The notes below the pieces were generated by a model. It was not told the DNA's origin and ran no database searches. It saw only the letters and a program-made list of their open reading frames with translations. From a virus, in IMG/VR virus record IMGVR_UViG_3300037193_002017, positions 1 to 64,000 of that record: a stretch of DNA of 64,000 bases. The stretch is one strand, 5' to 3'. This document shows, piece after piece, positions 47,598-56,279 of this stretch. The translations under genes and the position numbers were made by a program. The stretch's first letter is position 1; each line of letters begins with the position of its first letter.

Positions 47598-47786
47598 GTG
47601 CCCAAGTACACGTACCAGTCCGCGCCCGGGCTGAGGGTCCGCACCACGAACTACCGCGGCAGCGCCCAGGAGTTCGCGGACGCGCTCGCCGAAGACTGCC
47701 GCGCAGATCACGGCGTTGAGCCGGACGTGCGTGTGTGGAACGGCGAAGGGCCGGTAACCGAGCCGCCCGCCGCAACCGCACCGTGA
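47598..47786 (+). CDS. Small hypothetical protein
   Basis: GTG after GAGGGGG. Confidence 0.5.
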   Translation: MPKYTYQSAPGLRVRTTNYRGSAQEFADALAEDCRADHGVEPDVRVWNGEGPVTEPPAATAP

Positions 47787-47877
47787 CGCGTCTCCCATAA
47801 GCCCCGGGGCGGCCGCCCCTCCGCCAAGAAGTACGGCCGCCCCGGTCACCCATCCCGAACGAGACAGGAGCACCATC

Positions 47878-48042
47878 ATGGGCCTGTTCACCCGCAAAAC
47901 CGAGACCGACCTCCTCGCCGACACTGTGGCCAGCCTCCCGCCCCAACCGGCCAACTGGACACCCGAGCAGTACGCCCAGTTCACCCAGCAGTCGAACCGC
48001 GCCATGCGCGAGCAGAACGGTGTAGACCCGGACGCCGACTGA
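47878..48042 (+). CDS. Small hypothetical protein (54 aa, MGLFTRK...)
   Basis: RBS AGGAG; below the ORF-track cutoff; followed by a hairpin at ~48064-48104. Confidence 0.6.
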   Translation: MGLFTRKTETDLLADTVASLPPQPANWTPEQYAQFTQQSNRAMREQNGVDPDAD

Positions 48043-48150
48043 CACCCCCTGCCACACTGAAGCCGTAGGCCCCGCCGCGCCCCCCCGTCGCGCCGGGGCC
48101 TACGCCATGTCCGCGTGCGGCCCGCGACGACCCGGACCATCCTGAGGGGT

Positions 48151-48366
48151 ATGTCCCCGCTGCCGCTGGTCGTCGTCTACCCGCCCGACGAGGACGGCGG
48201 CCGCCGCGTACGCGCCGGAGGCGAAATCCTCGGCCTCGCATACGACCTGAACGACCTGGTGGAGTTCCTCCGACGAGCAGGCCTGGACGACTGGGACGCT
48301 CTCGACGCACGCACCAGCGGCCTGATCGAATGGCGCGGCGGCGGCCCCGACACCTGGCCCCCGTGA
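48151..48366 (+). CDS. Small conserved actinobacterial protein
   Basis: VVVYPP...GGRRV...EILGLAY...D..EFLRRAGL...IEWRGGGP. Confidence 0.7.
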   Translation: MSPLPLVVVYPPDEDGGRRVRAGGEILGLAYDLNDLVEFLRRAGLDDWDALDARTSGLIEWRGGGPDTWPP

Positions 48367-48396
48367 CGACCCGCCCCGCCTCGTGCCGCGGAACCG

Positions 48397-48867
48397 TCAG
48401 ATGATCGGCGACCCTGGCTGCAGTTCCTCCAGCTGACCGAACTCGTCCCGACTCCAGCGGACCCCGTTGTCGTCCGTGAAGTGGAGCGCCGGCCTGCTCC
48501 GGTCCACCGTGTCCTCCGTCCACCGCGGCGACTCGAAGTCCACGCTGCGTCCGCCACCGATCAGATGCACGGGGACCGTACGCCGCCCTCCGTCAGGCAG
48601 GCCGCGTGCCTCGACCTCGGCGGCCGCCGCAGCGTTATACACGCCCCCGAAGCGCACCATCACGTCATGAATCGGAGCGCCGCTGCCGTTCACGACCGTC
48701 ACATCCCACCGGTCATACCCGGTGTCATCGCCGTACCCGTTCGTCCCAGTACTGCCTGCGGTCCGGAACGTCATCTCCACCTGGCGCGCCTGAGCGACCC
48801 GCCGTTCAGCGGCAAGAGCACGCAACTCCTCGCGCTCCAGCCGCGTGGCGAGGTCGCCTACGTCCAC
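48397..48867 (-). CDS. Hypothetical protein, possibly lacking an N-terminal TM segment
   Basis: RBS AGGAG; AQARQV, V.NGSGAPI.DV, FTDDNGVRW.RD..G.L motifs. Confidence 0.65.
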   Translation of the reverse strand: MDVGDLATRLEREELRALAAERRVAQARQVEMTFRTAGSTGTNGYGDDTGYDRWDVTVVNGSGAPIHDVMVRFGGVYNAAAAAEVEARGLPDGGRRTVPVHLIGGGRSVDFESPRWTEDTVDRSRPALHFTDDNGVRWSRDEFGQLEELQPGSPII

Positions 48868-48951
48868 TGCGCTCCTGTCCTTGATCGCTACTCGCTGCGC
48901 ACCACCACGGGCACGGCATTTTGCTTCGCCGCGACGGGCGCACTCTCCCGC

Positions 48952-49428
48952 CTATGCGGCCTTCAACTCATCGGTGGTCATCGTGAACTGCAGCGACGTG
49001 CCACCGCCCATGATCGTGTACGTGTCCTTGGGGCACGGCGAGCCATCAATCCCGGCGTTGGGGTCGCCCAGGCACTCATGCTCGGTATACGCGTCGACGG
49101 CCTTGTTGATCTTCTCAATCTCCTTCATGGAGCGCGGGTACGCCTCCTCGGCCCCGGCGTCCTGGATGGCGGACTCGAGATCGGAGACGACCAACGCGAT
49201 GTCTGTGAGGTGTTCAGCGCAGGCCTGATCGCCGACCTCAGCACAGACGCCGGACCGACCCTCGGTAGCTTCCTCCAGCTTCGGAATCCACTCGCTGGAC
49301 AACCCGGAGACCGAGGCGCTGGGTGATGTGCTCGTGTCCGTGCCGCCGCCACCTTCGCTGGACGTACAGCCCGTTACCCCGAGCACGAGTGCGGCTACGA
49401 GCGTGACGGCCGCGCGTGTGTGATGCAT
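48952..49428 (-). CDS. Lipoprotein
   Basis: Signal peptide with lipobox VTG-C, Ser/Thr linker, four further Cys. Confidence 0.78.
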   Translation of the reverse strand: MHHTRAAVTLVAALVLGVTGCTSSEGGGGTDTSTSPSASVSGLSSEWIPKLEEATEGRSGVCAEVGDQACAEHLTDIALVVSDLESAIQDAGAEEAYPRSMKEIEKINKAVDAYTEHECLGDPNAGIDGSPCPKDTYTIMGGGTSLQFTMTTDELKAA

Positions 49429-49585
49429 GAGTTGCCCCCCTTGCTGGTGCGGCGAGGGTAGGACACTAGGTGCCCGCAGTGAGCAGGAAACCGCCCGATT
49501 GCCCAGCCCGTTCTGGGCCCAAGGCGCCTGCGCCTCCGTCCGCCCGGCCTGCCGTCCTGCATCCCACAGGTGGCATCCTGAGCGC

Positions 49586-49786
49586 ATGAGCGACCCCATG
49601 ATCGTGGACATCTACGCCGCCGCTCTCAGTGTCGCGCAGAAGCCTGGCACCATCCGTCAGTGGATCCACCGGGGCGAGATCACACACCGCGGCTACGACA
49701 AGCGCCGCCGCGTCCTCGTCGACCTTGACGAGTTGCAACGGGTCGTGCACGACAAGGCGCTGCGGGCCCGCCAGGAAGCGGCTTGA
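49586..49786 (+). CDS. Small MerR-type HTH protein (putative late-gene regulator)
   Basis: AAA....KPGTIRQWIHRG.I....D.R.R.L.DL; directly before the late operon. Confidence 0.72.
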   Translation: MSDPMIVDIYAAALSVAQKPGTIRQWIHRGEITHRGYDKRRRVLVDLDELQRVVHDKALRARQEAA

Positions 49787-49874
49787 CCACTGCTCTGACC
49801 TCCTGTAACACTCGACCCACGTTCAGCATGTCCAAACATGCTTCACAAAACGCCCCCAACGGGCACCACAGACC

Positions 49875-49922
49875 GCATGGCGAAGGCCCCGAGAGCATCT
49901 GACTCCGGGGCCTTCGCCATGC
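49875..49922 (+). terminator. 17-bp hairpin at the head of the late operon
   Basis: GCATGGCGAAGGCCCCG...CGGGGCCTTCGCCATGC; a -35-like TTGACC at 49783 lies upstream. Confidence 0.75.
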
Positions 49923-50024
49923 CCAGGCGCCCGCCGCACGGCAGGCCGCTCACGCCATGGCCCCCAGCCACGGCCCGCTGCAGCCGTACGACGGGCGCCC
50001 CAGCCCACGCGGGAGGTGACCCCG

Positions 50025-50318
50025 ATGGCCGGCAACCCCCGCAACGGCAGGCCGTACAGACGCCTCTGCGCCCAGCAACGCGCACTCCTCCTGCCCTGCT
50101 GGTGGTGCAAGAAGGACATCGACTACAGCCTCACCGGTCGTGCCGGCCAGACCAGCCCCTGGGCGTTCACCCTCGACCACGCCGTCCCACTGTCCAAGGG
50201 CGGCAACCTCCTCGACCCCACCAACGCTCGTAGCGCGCACCGCCGATGCAACAGCGCCCGCGGCAACCGCACCACCACACAGCCCCGGACACGCGAGCAA
50301 GCCACACGAAGGTGGTGA
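50025..50318 (+). CDS. HNH endonuclease, packaging-associated
   Basis: CWWC, TLDH..P...GG....N...AH..CN. Confidence 0.9.
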   Translation: MAGNPRNGRPYRRLCAQQRALLLPCWWCKKDIDYSLTGRAGQTSPWAFTLDHAVPLSKGGNLLDPTNARSAHRRCNSARGNRTTTQPRTREQATRRW

Positions 50319-50320
50319 CC

Positions 50321-50563
50321 ATGGCGTACGAAGACGACCTCGCCGACCTGCAGAGCCGCATCCTCACCGCCTTGCGCACCCAGCCACCCCGCGTCCTGCG
50401 CTGGTACCGCCCTGAAGCGACAGGCATCGAGCGCCGCGTCCGCGAGGCCCTCGACAACCCCCGCTACGCCGCAGCACGCCTGCCCGGCCGCCTCGCCTGC
50501 CGCCTCCTCCACCGTCACAACTGGACCTGCATCGGCACGAACCGACACCCGGACAGGTGGTAG
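50321..50563 (+). CDS. Small hypothetical protein (paralog of 50685-50957)
   Basis: ACRLL.RHN.TC.G motif. Confidence 0.58.
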   Translation: MAYEDDLADLQSRILTALRTQPPRVLRWYRPEATGIERRVREALDNPRYAAARLPGRLACRLLHRHNWTCIGTNRHPDRW

Positions 50564-50684
50564 CCATGCGCAACCTGGACCACAACGGGCGCCACGTACT
50601 GCGATGGCTGGAGCGTCGCCTCCAGCGAGAGATGAAGCGCTCACTGGAGGAGCTGACACACGCCCTGCAGGAGGGGAAGTACCC

Positions 50685-50957
50685 ATGCTCGACCCGCAGC
50701 CCCGAGAGCCCGCAGCCGACTCGCGAAGGTGGTGGCCGGCCTACCGCTACCCCAGCGACTGCCCCAACGCCCCCGCCTACTGGCTCCTCTTCGCCCTGAG
50801 TGAGCCCCGCGAGTTCGCCTACGTCGCGCCTCGACGTATCGCCTGCCGCCTCCTGCGACGACACAACGTCACCTGCCGAGGCCGCGCCGACCACCCACGC
50901 ACCGTCACCGTCCAGCTGGACAACAGCACTGGCACCTTCACCCCGCGGAGGCGATGA
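50685..50957 (+). CDS. Small hypothetical protein (paralog of 50321-50563)
   Basis: RBS GGAGGGG; ACRLL.RHN.TC.G motif. Confidence 0.58.
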   Translation: MLDPQPREPAADSRRWWPAYRYPSDCPNAPAYWLLFALSEPREFAYVAPRRIACRLLRRHNVTCRGRADHPRTVTVQLDNSTGTFTPRRR

Positions 50958-50958
50958 C

Positions 50959-51141
50959 ATGGCAGTCGGCAGCTTCACCCTGAGCGCCCGCTGCCCCGCC
51001 TGCGGCCAGCCCATCGAACTCAACGCCACGCTCCGGCCAGAACTGAAGCGCAACGTGCTCGGCATCGACACCGCGCCCATCCACACCCACATCCGCGAGG
51101 CTCATCCCGGGCAGGCGCAGGCCGTCACCGAGGGTCAGTGA
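50959..51141 (+). CDS. Small CxxC...HxxxxH protein
   Basis: RBS GGAGG; CPAC, HIREAH. Confidence 0.58.
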   Translation: MAVGSFTLSARCPACGQPIELNATLRPELKRNVLGIDTAPIHTHIREAHPGQAQAVTEGQ

Positions 51142-51154
51142 AACGATGACAGGC

Positions 51155-51550
51155 ATGACCGATGATCTAGTGCAGTGGCTCACGGCCCAGCTCGACGAGG
51201 ACGAGCGGGTGGCACGCGGCTGTAGCGGTGAGGCGTGGTGGGAGCACCCGAAGAACTGGGTGAGCGCTCCGCCGTTGAACCGCGTTGCCGTCGTTGTGCA
51301 TGACGGTGATCGCGGCCACATCGTGCGTCATGATCCGGCGCGGGTGCTGCGCGAGATCGAGGCCAAGCGCGAGCTCCTCACCGAGCACACCGACACCAAC
51401 GACGGCTCATGCCGGACCTGCGTCGACGGCCACTGGGGCTACCCCACGCACGGCGGCAGCACGCCTCAGCGCTACCCCTGCCGCACGCTCCGCCTGGCCG
51501 CACTGCCCTACGCCGATCGGCCTGGCTACCAGGAGCAATGGCGCCCGTAG
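51155..51550 (+). CDS. Hypothetical protein (DUF6221-like)
   Basis: DLV.WL.AQLDEDER.A, HI.RHDPARVLREIEAKR, LA.PYAD.PGY.E.WRP. Confidence 0.8.
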   Translation: MTDDLVQWLTAQLDEDERVARGCSGEAWWEHPKNWVSAPPLNRVAVVVHDGDRGHIVRHDPARVLREIEAKRELLTEHTDTNDGSCRTCVDGHWGYPTHGGSTPQRYPCRTLRLAALPYADRPGYQEQWRP

Positions 51551-51568
51551 ACGTCAGGGTGACGCAGT

Positions 51569-51778
51569 GTGGACAGCTTCACCGACACCTACATGGACTG
51601 GGACCTGGTGGCCTGCACGCCCATGTGCCGACGCCCGTGGCGCCGGCGGCGGTGGCGAGCGCCCCGCATCTGGACGTGCCCCGGCTGTCACACCCGCTGG
51701 ACCCTCGAAGGCCGGCGCTGGACGCAGGCCATGAGCCCCGCCCAACTCGCCCGCCTCGAACGTGAGCTCGGGATGTAG
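51569..51778 (+). CDS. Small Cys-containing basic protein
   Basis: WTCPGC..RW; weak start. Confidence 0.45.
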   Translation: MDSFTDTYMDWDLVACTPMCRRPWRRRRWRAPRIWTCPGCHTRWTLEGRRWTQAMSPAQLARLERELGM

Positions 51779-51803
51779 CGCTGGCCTGCTCGATGATGAG
51801 CCC

Positions 51804-52079
51804 ATGACGACATACAACGGACCTGCCACCGTCACAGCCGACGGCACGCAGTACGAGGTAACCGCCCAGCTCACCGTGACGCCCGTCGGCCACCTGAAGG
51901 AGTGGTACGGCTCCCTGCAGGCCCAGGACGACGCGGCCGCCTGGAACATCCTGAACGCCAGCACGGCCATCCTTCGCGTTGCCGAGGGCCGCGAGAGTGC
52001 CTTCACGGCCACCGGCTCCAGCGCAGGATCCAACGAGCTCGACATCCAGGGCGGCGGCCCTGCGCCCTTCGGGGACTGA
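51804..52079 (+). CDS. Hypothetical protein (DUF4873-like)
   Basis: Y.GPATV, WYG.L, G.GP.PF. Confidence 0.7.
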   Translation: MTTYNGPATVTADGTQYEVTAQLTVTPVGHLKEWYGSLQAQDDAAAWNILNASTAILRVAEGRESAFTATGSSAGSNELDIQGGGPAPFGD

Positions 52080-52112
52080 CCCACTACGCGGCTGGCGAGG
52101 CGGTGATGCTCC

Positions 52113-52553
52113 GTGCTGTACGTCATCACCGGCCCGCCAGCCGCCGGCAAGTCCAGCTGGATCGAGGCCCGCGCCACAGCCCGTGACATCGTCATCGACC
52201 TCGACCGCATCACCCGCGCCCTCACCGGCCCCGGCGCGCCCCAGTGGAACCAGGACGAGATCGCCATCAAGATCGCGCACCGCGCTCGCTACGCCGCCAT
52301 CGACGAGGCGGTCAAGCACCTGGACCAGGTCGACGTGTACCTGATCCACACCATGCCCAGCACCCGGTGGCGCGCCCGCTACCAGCGCCTCGGTGCTGAG
52401 ATCGTCACCGTTGACCCAGGCGAAGCGGTCGTACGAGAGCGCGTTGCCGCGATGCGATCAGACGAAATGAACCGCGTCGTCACGCGCTGGTACCGCCAGC
52501 ATCGCCGGGGCGAGTCACGCCCCGTCACCACCCAGACAACCCGGCAGTGGTGA
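52113..52553 (+). CDS. P-loop (AAA/kinase-like) protein upstream of terminase
   Basis: Walker A GPPAAGKS; IVIDLD. Confidence 0.85.
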   Translation: MLYVITGPPAAGKSSWIEARATARDIVIDLDRITRALTGPGAPQWNQDEIAIKIAHRARYAAIDEAVKHLDQVDVYLIHTMPSTRWRARYQRLGAEIVTVDPGEAVVRERVAAMRSDEMNRVVTRWYRQHRRGESRPVTTQTTRQW

Positions 52554-52856
52554 CCCTCCGCTACTCACCGATGGTGACCGTCGGCGGTGCACGGAGGGTG
52601 ACTCCGAGTGCCGTCGAGGGCCTGTTCGCGGGCCCGTTCGGCTTGCCGGGGAAGAGGTGGATCAAAACTTCGGCGGGAGACCGGGCGACCCAAAACGCCC
52701 TTGTCGCCCGTCTCTCTCCCCGCGGCGATCGCTAATCACCGCGAACCGAGTTCGGCCCTCCTAACGGGTCATGATCACCACCCGGCGGCCCGTCACACTC
52801 CGTGACGGTCGACGGTCGTCACTGCGTGTGACGCTCCGTCAGATCGGAGGCGGATC

Positions 52857-53159
52857 ATGAGCGATCAACCGAAACGTGTCCGAGCCGGAGCCGTCGCCAA
52901 GGCAACCGCCGCCGAGCTCGATGACCTGGGGCTTGACCCGAAGACGAACGCCGCTGCGGCCTCCGCCCTCCGCCTCGCGAAGGTCATGGACTCGACTGCC
53001 GACCCCAAGGAGCTCGCCGCCGCCGGGCGCGAGCTCCGCCAGACCATGAATACAGCGCGTGGCCTCGCTCCCCCGAAGGCGCTCGGCGACCGGATCGACC
53101 AGCTGGCCGACCGGCGCGAGAAGCGGCTCTCCCCTCGGGCCGCTAAGGGCACCGCGTGA
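52857..53159 (+). CDS. terS: Terminase small subunit
   Basis: RBS GGAGG; ALRLA..MD, A...ELR, D..D.L..RR; GTGA overlap with the large subunit. Confidence 0.8.
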   Translation: MSDQPKRVRAGAVAKATAAELDDLGLDPKTNAAAASALRLAKVMDSTADPKELAAAGRELRQTMNTARGLAPPKALGDRIDQLADRREKRLSPRAAKGTA

Positions 53160-54718
53160 TCGGCTGCCAGACACCGCGGATCCTGTCCGTGCCGTGGTAC
53201 CGACGCGTGGACACGGGGCGGTGGGACGGCACCGAGGACCAGGTCGCGCTGGACTTCCGCTCGCCCGCGGGCACGGAGTGCATCGAGCTCGCGGAGGAGG
53301 CGGGCCTCGACCTCGACATCTGGCAGCAGCTCGCCCTGCACCACAGCCTCGACGAGGATGCCGAGGGCCGGTGGACGTCGCTCGAGGTCGTCCTCAACAT
53401 CGCGCGCCAGAACGGCAAGGGCGGATACCTCGAGGCCAGACAGATCGGCGGCGTGATCCTCTTCGGGGACGAGCTCGTCATCCACACCGCGCACCAGTTC
53501 AACACCGCGCAGGAGAGCTTCCTTCGGCTCGACCGGATCTTCGAAGGGTCCGCGTCACTGAGTCGCCGCATCAAGCGCGTACGCCGCTCGCATGGCGAGG
53601 AGGGCTTCGAGTTCTTCAACGGCGCCAGGATCCGTTTCCTGGCGCGGGGCGGGGACAGCGGCCGCGGGTTCTCCGGTGACCTGGTCATCATGGACGAGGC
53701 CATGAAGCTGCGGGCCGCGCCCGTGGGCGCCCTCATGCCGGTGCTGTCCGCCCGCCGCAACCCTCAGCTCGTGTTCACCGGGTCGGCCGGTCTGGGGGCT
53801 GAGAGCGAGCAGCTGGCGCTGCTGCGGGCCCGTGCGATGGCGGAGGAGGGCGGGCCGGACCCGTCTTTGACGTACCTGGAGTACTCGATCGCGCCGCACG
53901 TGAAGGAGTGCCCGCGCGATGAGGACGGCCGGGTCGTGTGCACGGCTCATGACGACCGGGACGACGAGCGGTCGTTCGCCCGGGCCAACCCGGCGCTGGG
54001 CATCCGGATCCGCACGTCGTACGTACAGCGGGAGATGCGGGGCATGCGTGAGGACCTGTTCGACCGTGAGCGCCTCGGTGTGGGGGACTACCCGGAGGTC
54101 AGCGACGAGACGTGGCAGGTCATCGCGAAGGAGGCCTGGGAGGCGCTCACGGACGCCAGCTCGCGTCCGACGGACCCGGTGGCGTTCGCCATCGACACCA
54201 ACCCGGAGCGGACGTGGACGGCCATCTCGGTGGCCGCCGAGTCGTCGGGCGGTGGCCGGCACATCGAGGTCGTTGCCCACCAGCCCGGCACGGACTGGGT
54301 CGTGGACTGGGTTGCTGAGCGTGACGAGAAGTGGAAGCCATGCGCGTGGGTCATCGACGAGGGCGGTCCGGCCGGGTCGCTTGTGCCAGCGCTGCGGAAG
54401 AAGCTGGCCGGGAAGCACCCGGTGGGCAGCGACCTGGGGCGCGATCGCTTCCTGGTGTCGCCAAAGGTGCGGGAGATCGTGCAGGCCTGCGGCGCCTTCT
54501 ACGACCGGGTGAAGGACGGCTCACTCGCCCACATCGGCCAGTCACCGCTGGCGACCGCTCTCGCCGGCGCGAAGAAGCGCGACCTGGGTGATGCGTGGGC
54601 GTGGGCACGGCGCAGTGAGGGTGTGGACGTGAGCCCGCTGGTGGCCGGGACGTATGCGTTGTGGGGCTGGGAGAAGTTCCACGACGAGGAGCCGGAAGGG
54701 GCGCCGAACCTGTGGTGA
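53156..54718 (+). CDS. terL: Terminase large subunit
   Basis: ARQNGKG, GRGFSGDLVIMDEA, ANPALG, AFAID, DVSPLVA. Confidence 0.95.
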   Translation: MIGCQTPRILSVPWYRRVDTGRWDGTEDQVALDFRSPAGTECIELAEEAGLDLDIWQQLALHHSLDEDAEGRWTSLEVVLNIARQNGKGGYLEARQIGGVILFGDELVIHTAHQFNTAQESFLRLDRIFEGSASLSRRIKRVRRSHGEEGFEFFNGARIRFLARGGDSGRGFSGDLVIMDEAMKLRAAPVGALMPVLSARRNPQLVFTGSAGLGAESEQLALLRARAMAEEGGPDPSLTYLEYSIAPHVKECPRDEDGRVVCTAHDDRDDERSFARANPALGIRIRTSYVQREMRGMREDLFDRERLGVGDYPEVSDETWQVIAKEAWEALTDASSRPTDPVAFAIDTNPERTWTAISVAAESSGGGRHIEVVAHQPGTDWVVDWVAERDEKWKPCAWVIDEGGPAGSLVPALRKKLAGKHPVGSDLGRDRFLVSPKVREIVQACGAFYDRVKDGSLAHIGQSPLATALAGAKKRDLGDAWAWARRSEGVDVSPLVAGTYALWGWEKFHDEEPEGAPNLW

Positions 54719-54963
54719 ACGACGACCAGGCGGAAGACGCGAACAGCCGTGACCGAGCGGGCCGTTGGCTGGTGATCCTCGAGACGGTGTTTGTCCTGGT
54801 CATCGTGGCGGGCGTCGCGCTCGTGCATGTGCCGGGCGCGCTGATGCTGGCCGGGGTGCTGGGGGTGCTGGCGTGCGAGCGCGCGCTGGCCCGGCGCCAG
54901 GCCGAGGAACGTGTCCCTGGGGAGGGGCGCGGTGGGGAAGCGGCGGGAGGTGAGCGGCAGTGA
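54715..54963 (+). CDS. Small membrane protein between terminase and portal
   Basis: Two TM helices; GTGA overlaps. Confidence 0.65.
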   Translation: MNDDQAEDANSRDRAGRWLVILETVFVLVIVAGVALVHVPGALMLAGVLGVLACERALARRQAEERVPGEGRGGEAAGGERQ

Positions 54964-56279
54964 CAGCTGGGTTGTTCGGCCTGTTCGACGGGCGGTCGAG
55001 GAGGGGGCTGGAGAGCCCGGCGCAGCCGCTCACCTCCGCCGCGCTGGCGGAGTACCTCGGTGGCGTGCAGTCGGACGCCGGGGTGCCGGTATCGGAGACG
55101 ACCGCACTGCGGGCGTCACCAGTGTGGCGGGCTGTGGCGCTGATTGCCGGGGTGTCGGCGGCGCTGCCGCTGCCGACATACAAGGAGGGCACGCGAGAGA
55201 AGCAGGCCGCTGACCTGCTGAAATACCCGCATCCCGATCTCACGCCGGTGGAACTGTGGCGGTTCGCGTACCTGTACCGGGTGCTGTGGGGCAACACGTA
55301 CATCCAGAAGGTGCGCGACGGGGCCGGCCAGATCCGGGAGCTGTGGCCGGTGTCCGCCGATCGGGTCCGCGTGGATCGGATCAAGCCGGACGAGGCGAAC
55401 CCCACCGGCAAGCTGTTTGACGTCGTGGACGACTGGGGCGTGCACCACGTGTGGACGCCCCATCAGATGCTGCACATCCCTGGCCTGGGGTACGACGGCC
55501 TCACCGGCTGCTCACCCGTACGGCTGGCCACACAGGGCATCGGCCTGGCGCAGGCCGCCGAGAAGTCGGCGGCCCGTCTGTTCGGGTCGGGCAACATGAT
55601 CGGCGGCGTGCTGCAGACCGAGCAGCGCCTCGACCCGGACCAGGCCGCCCGGCTGAAGGAACGCTGGAAGGCCAAGATGTCCGGCGTCCACAACAGCCAC
55701 GAGATCGCCGTGCTCGATTCGGGCGCCAGCTTCAAACCAGTGCAAATGCCGAACACCGACGCCCAGTTCCTCGAGAGCAGGCAGTTCCAGGTCACGGAGA
55801 TCGCCCGCATGTTCGGCGTGCCGCCGTTCCTGCTGATGTCCACCGAGAAGAGCACCAGCTGGGGGACGGGGCTGGAGCAACAGGCGCAGGGCTGGGTCAC
55901 GTTCGACCTCAACCCGACATGGCTGACGCCGACCGAGCAGCGCGTGACCAAAGAGCTGCTGCCACGGTCGCTGTACGCGAACTACCAGATGGGCGGCCTG
56001 CTGCGCGGCGACTCGGCGGCGAGAGCCACGTTCTACCGGGCAATGCGCGACATCGGCGCCTACAGCGCGAACGACATCCGGGCGCTCGAGGAGATGCCGC
56101 CGCTGACGGAGAACGGCGACGTCTACCTGCAGCCCATGTACATGGCACCGCTCGGGTCCAACCCCCTCGACCCTGGCGGGGAGGCGCCGGCGGGCTCGAA
56201 CCGGGCGCGGGCGGCCGCGCTGATGGCGGAGGCACAGCGTCTGTTGCAGACGCCTGACGATGCTGAGGAAGGCACCTGA
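54960..56279 (+). CDS. Portal protein (HK97 family)
   Basis: GN.Y, LH......DGL.G.SP, DAQFLE.R, EIARMFGVPP, N..RA.E..P. Confidence 0.95.
   Translation: MTAGLFGLFDGRSRRGLESPAQPLTSAALAEYLGGVQSDAGVPVSETTALRASPVWRAVALIAGVSAALPLPTYKEGTREKQAADLLKYPHPDLTPVELWRFAYLYRVLWGNTYIQKVRDGAGQIRELWPVSADRVRVDRIKPDEANPTGKLFDVVDDWGVHHVWTPHQMLHIPGLGYDGLTGCSPVRLATQGIGLAQAAEKSAARLFGSGNMIGGVLQTEQRLDPDQAARLKERWKAKMSGVHNSHEIAVLDSGASFKPVQMPNTDAQFLESRQFQVTEIARMFGVPPFLLMSTEKSTSWGTGLEQQAQGWVTFDLNPTWLTPTEQRVTKELLPRSLYANYQMGGLLRGDSAARATFYRAMRDIGAYSANDIRALEEMPPLTENGDVYLQPMYMAPLGSNPLDPGGEAPAGSNRARAAALMAEAQRLLQTPDDAEEGT

Noticed and set aside
43296-47786. A complete AICE or conjugative plasmid inserted in prophage B
   Set aside because: No ATPase-containing TraB, no RepSA/Rep gene, no own integrase and no flanking att repeats seen
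50557-50799. ORF MVAMRNLDH...
   Set aside because: Overlaps the better-supported 50685-50957 ORF by more than 100 bp; may be a remnant
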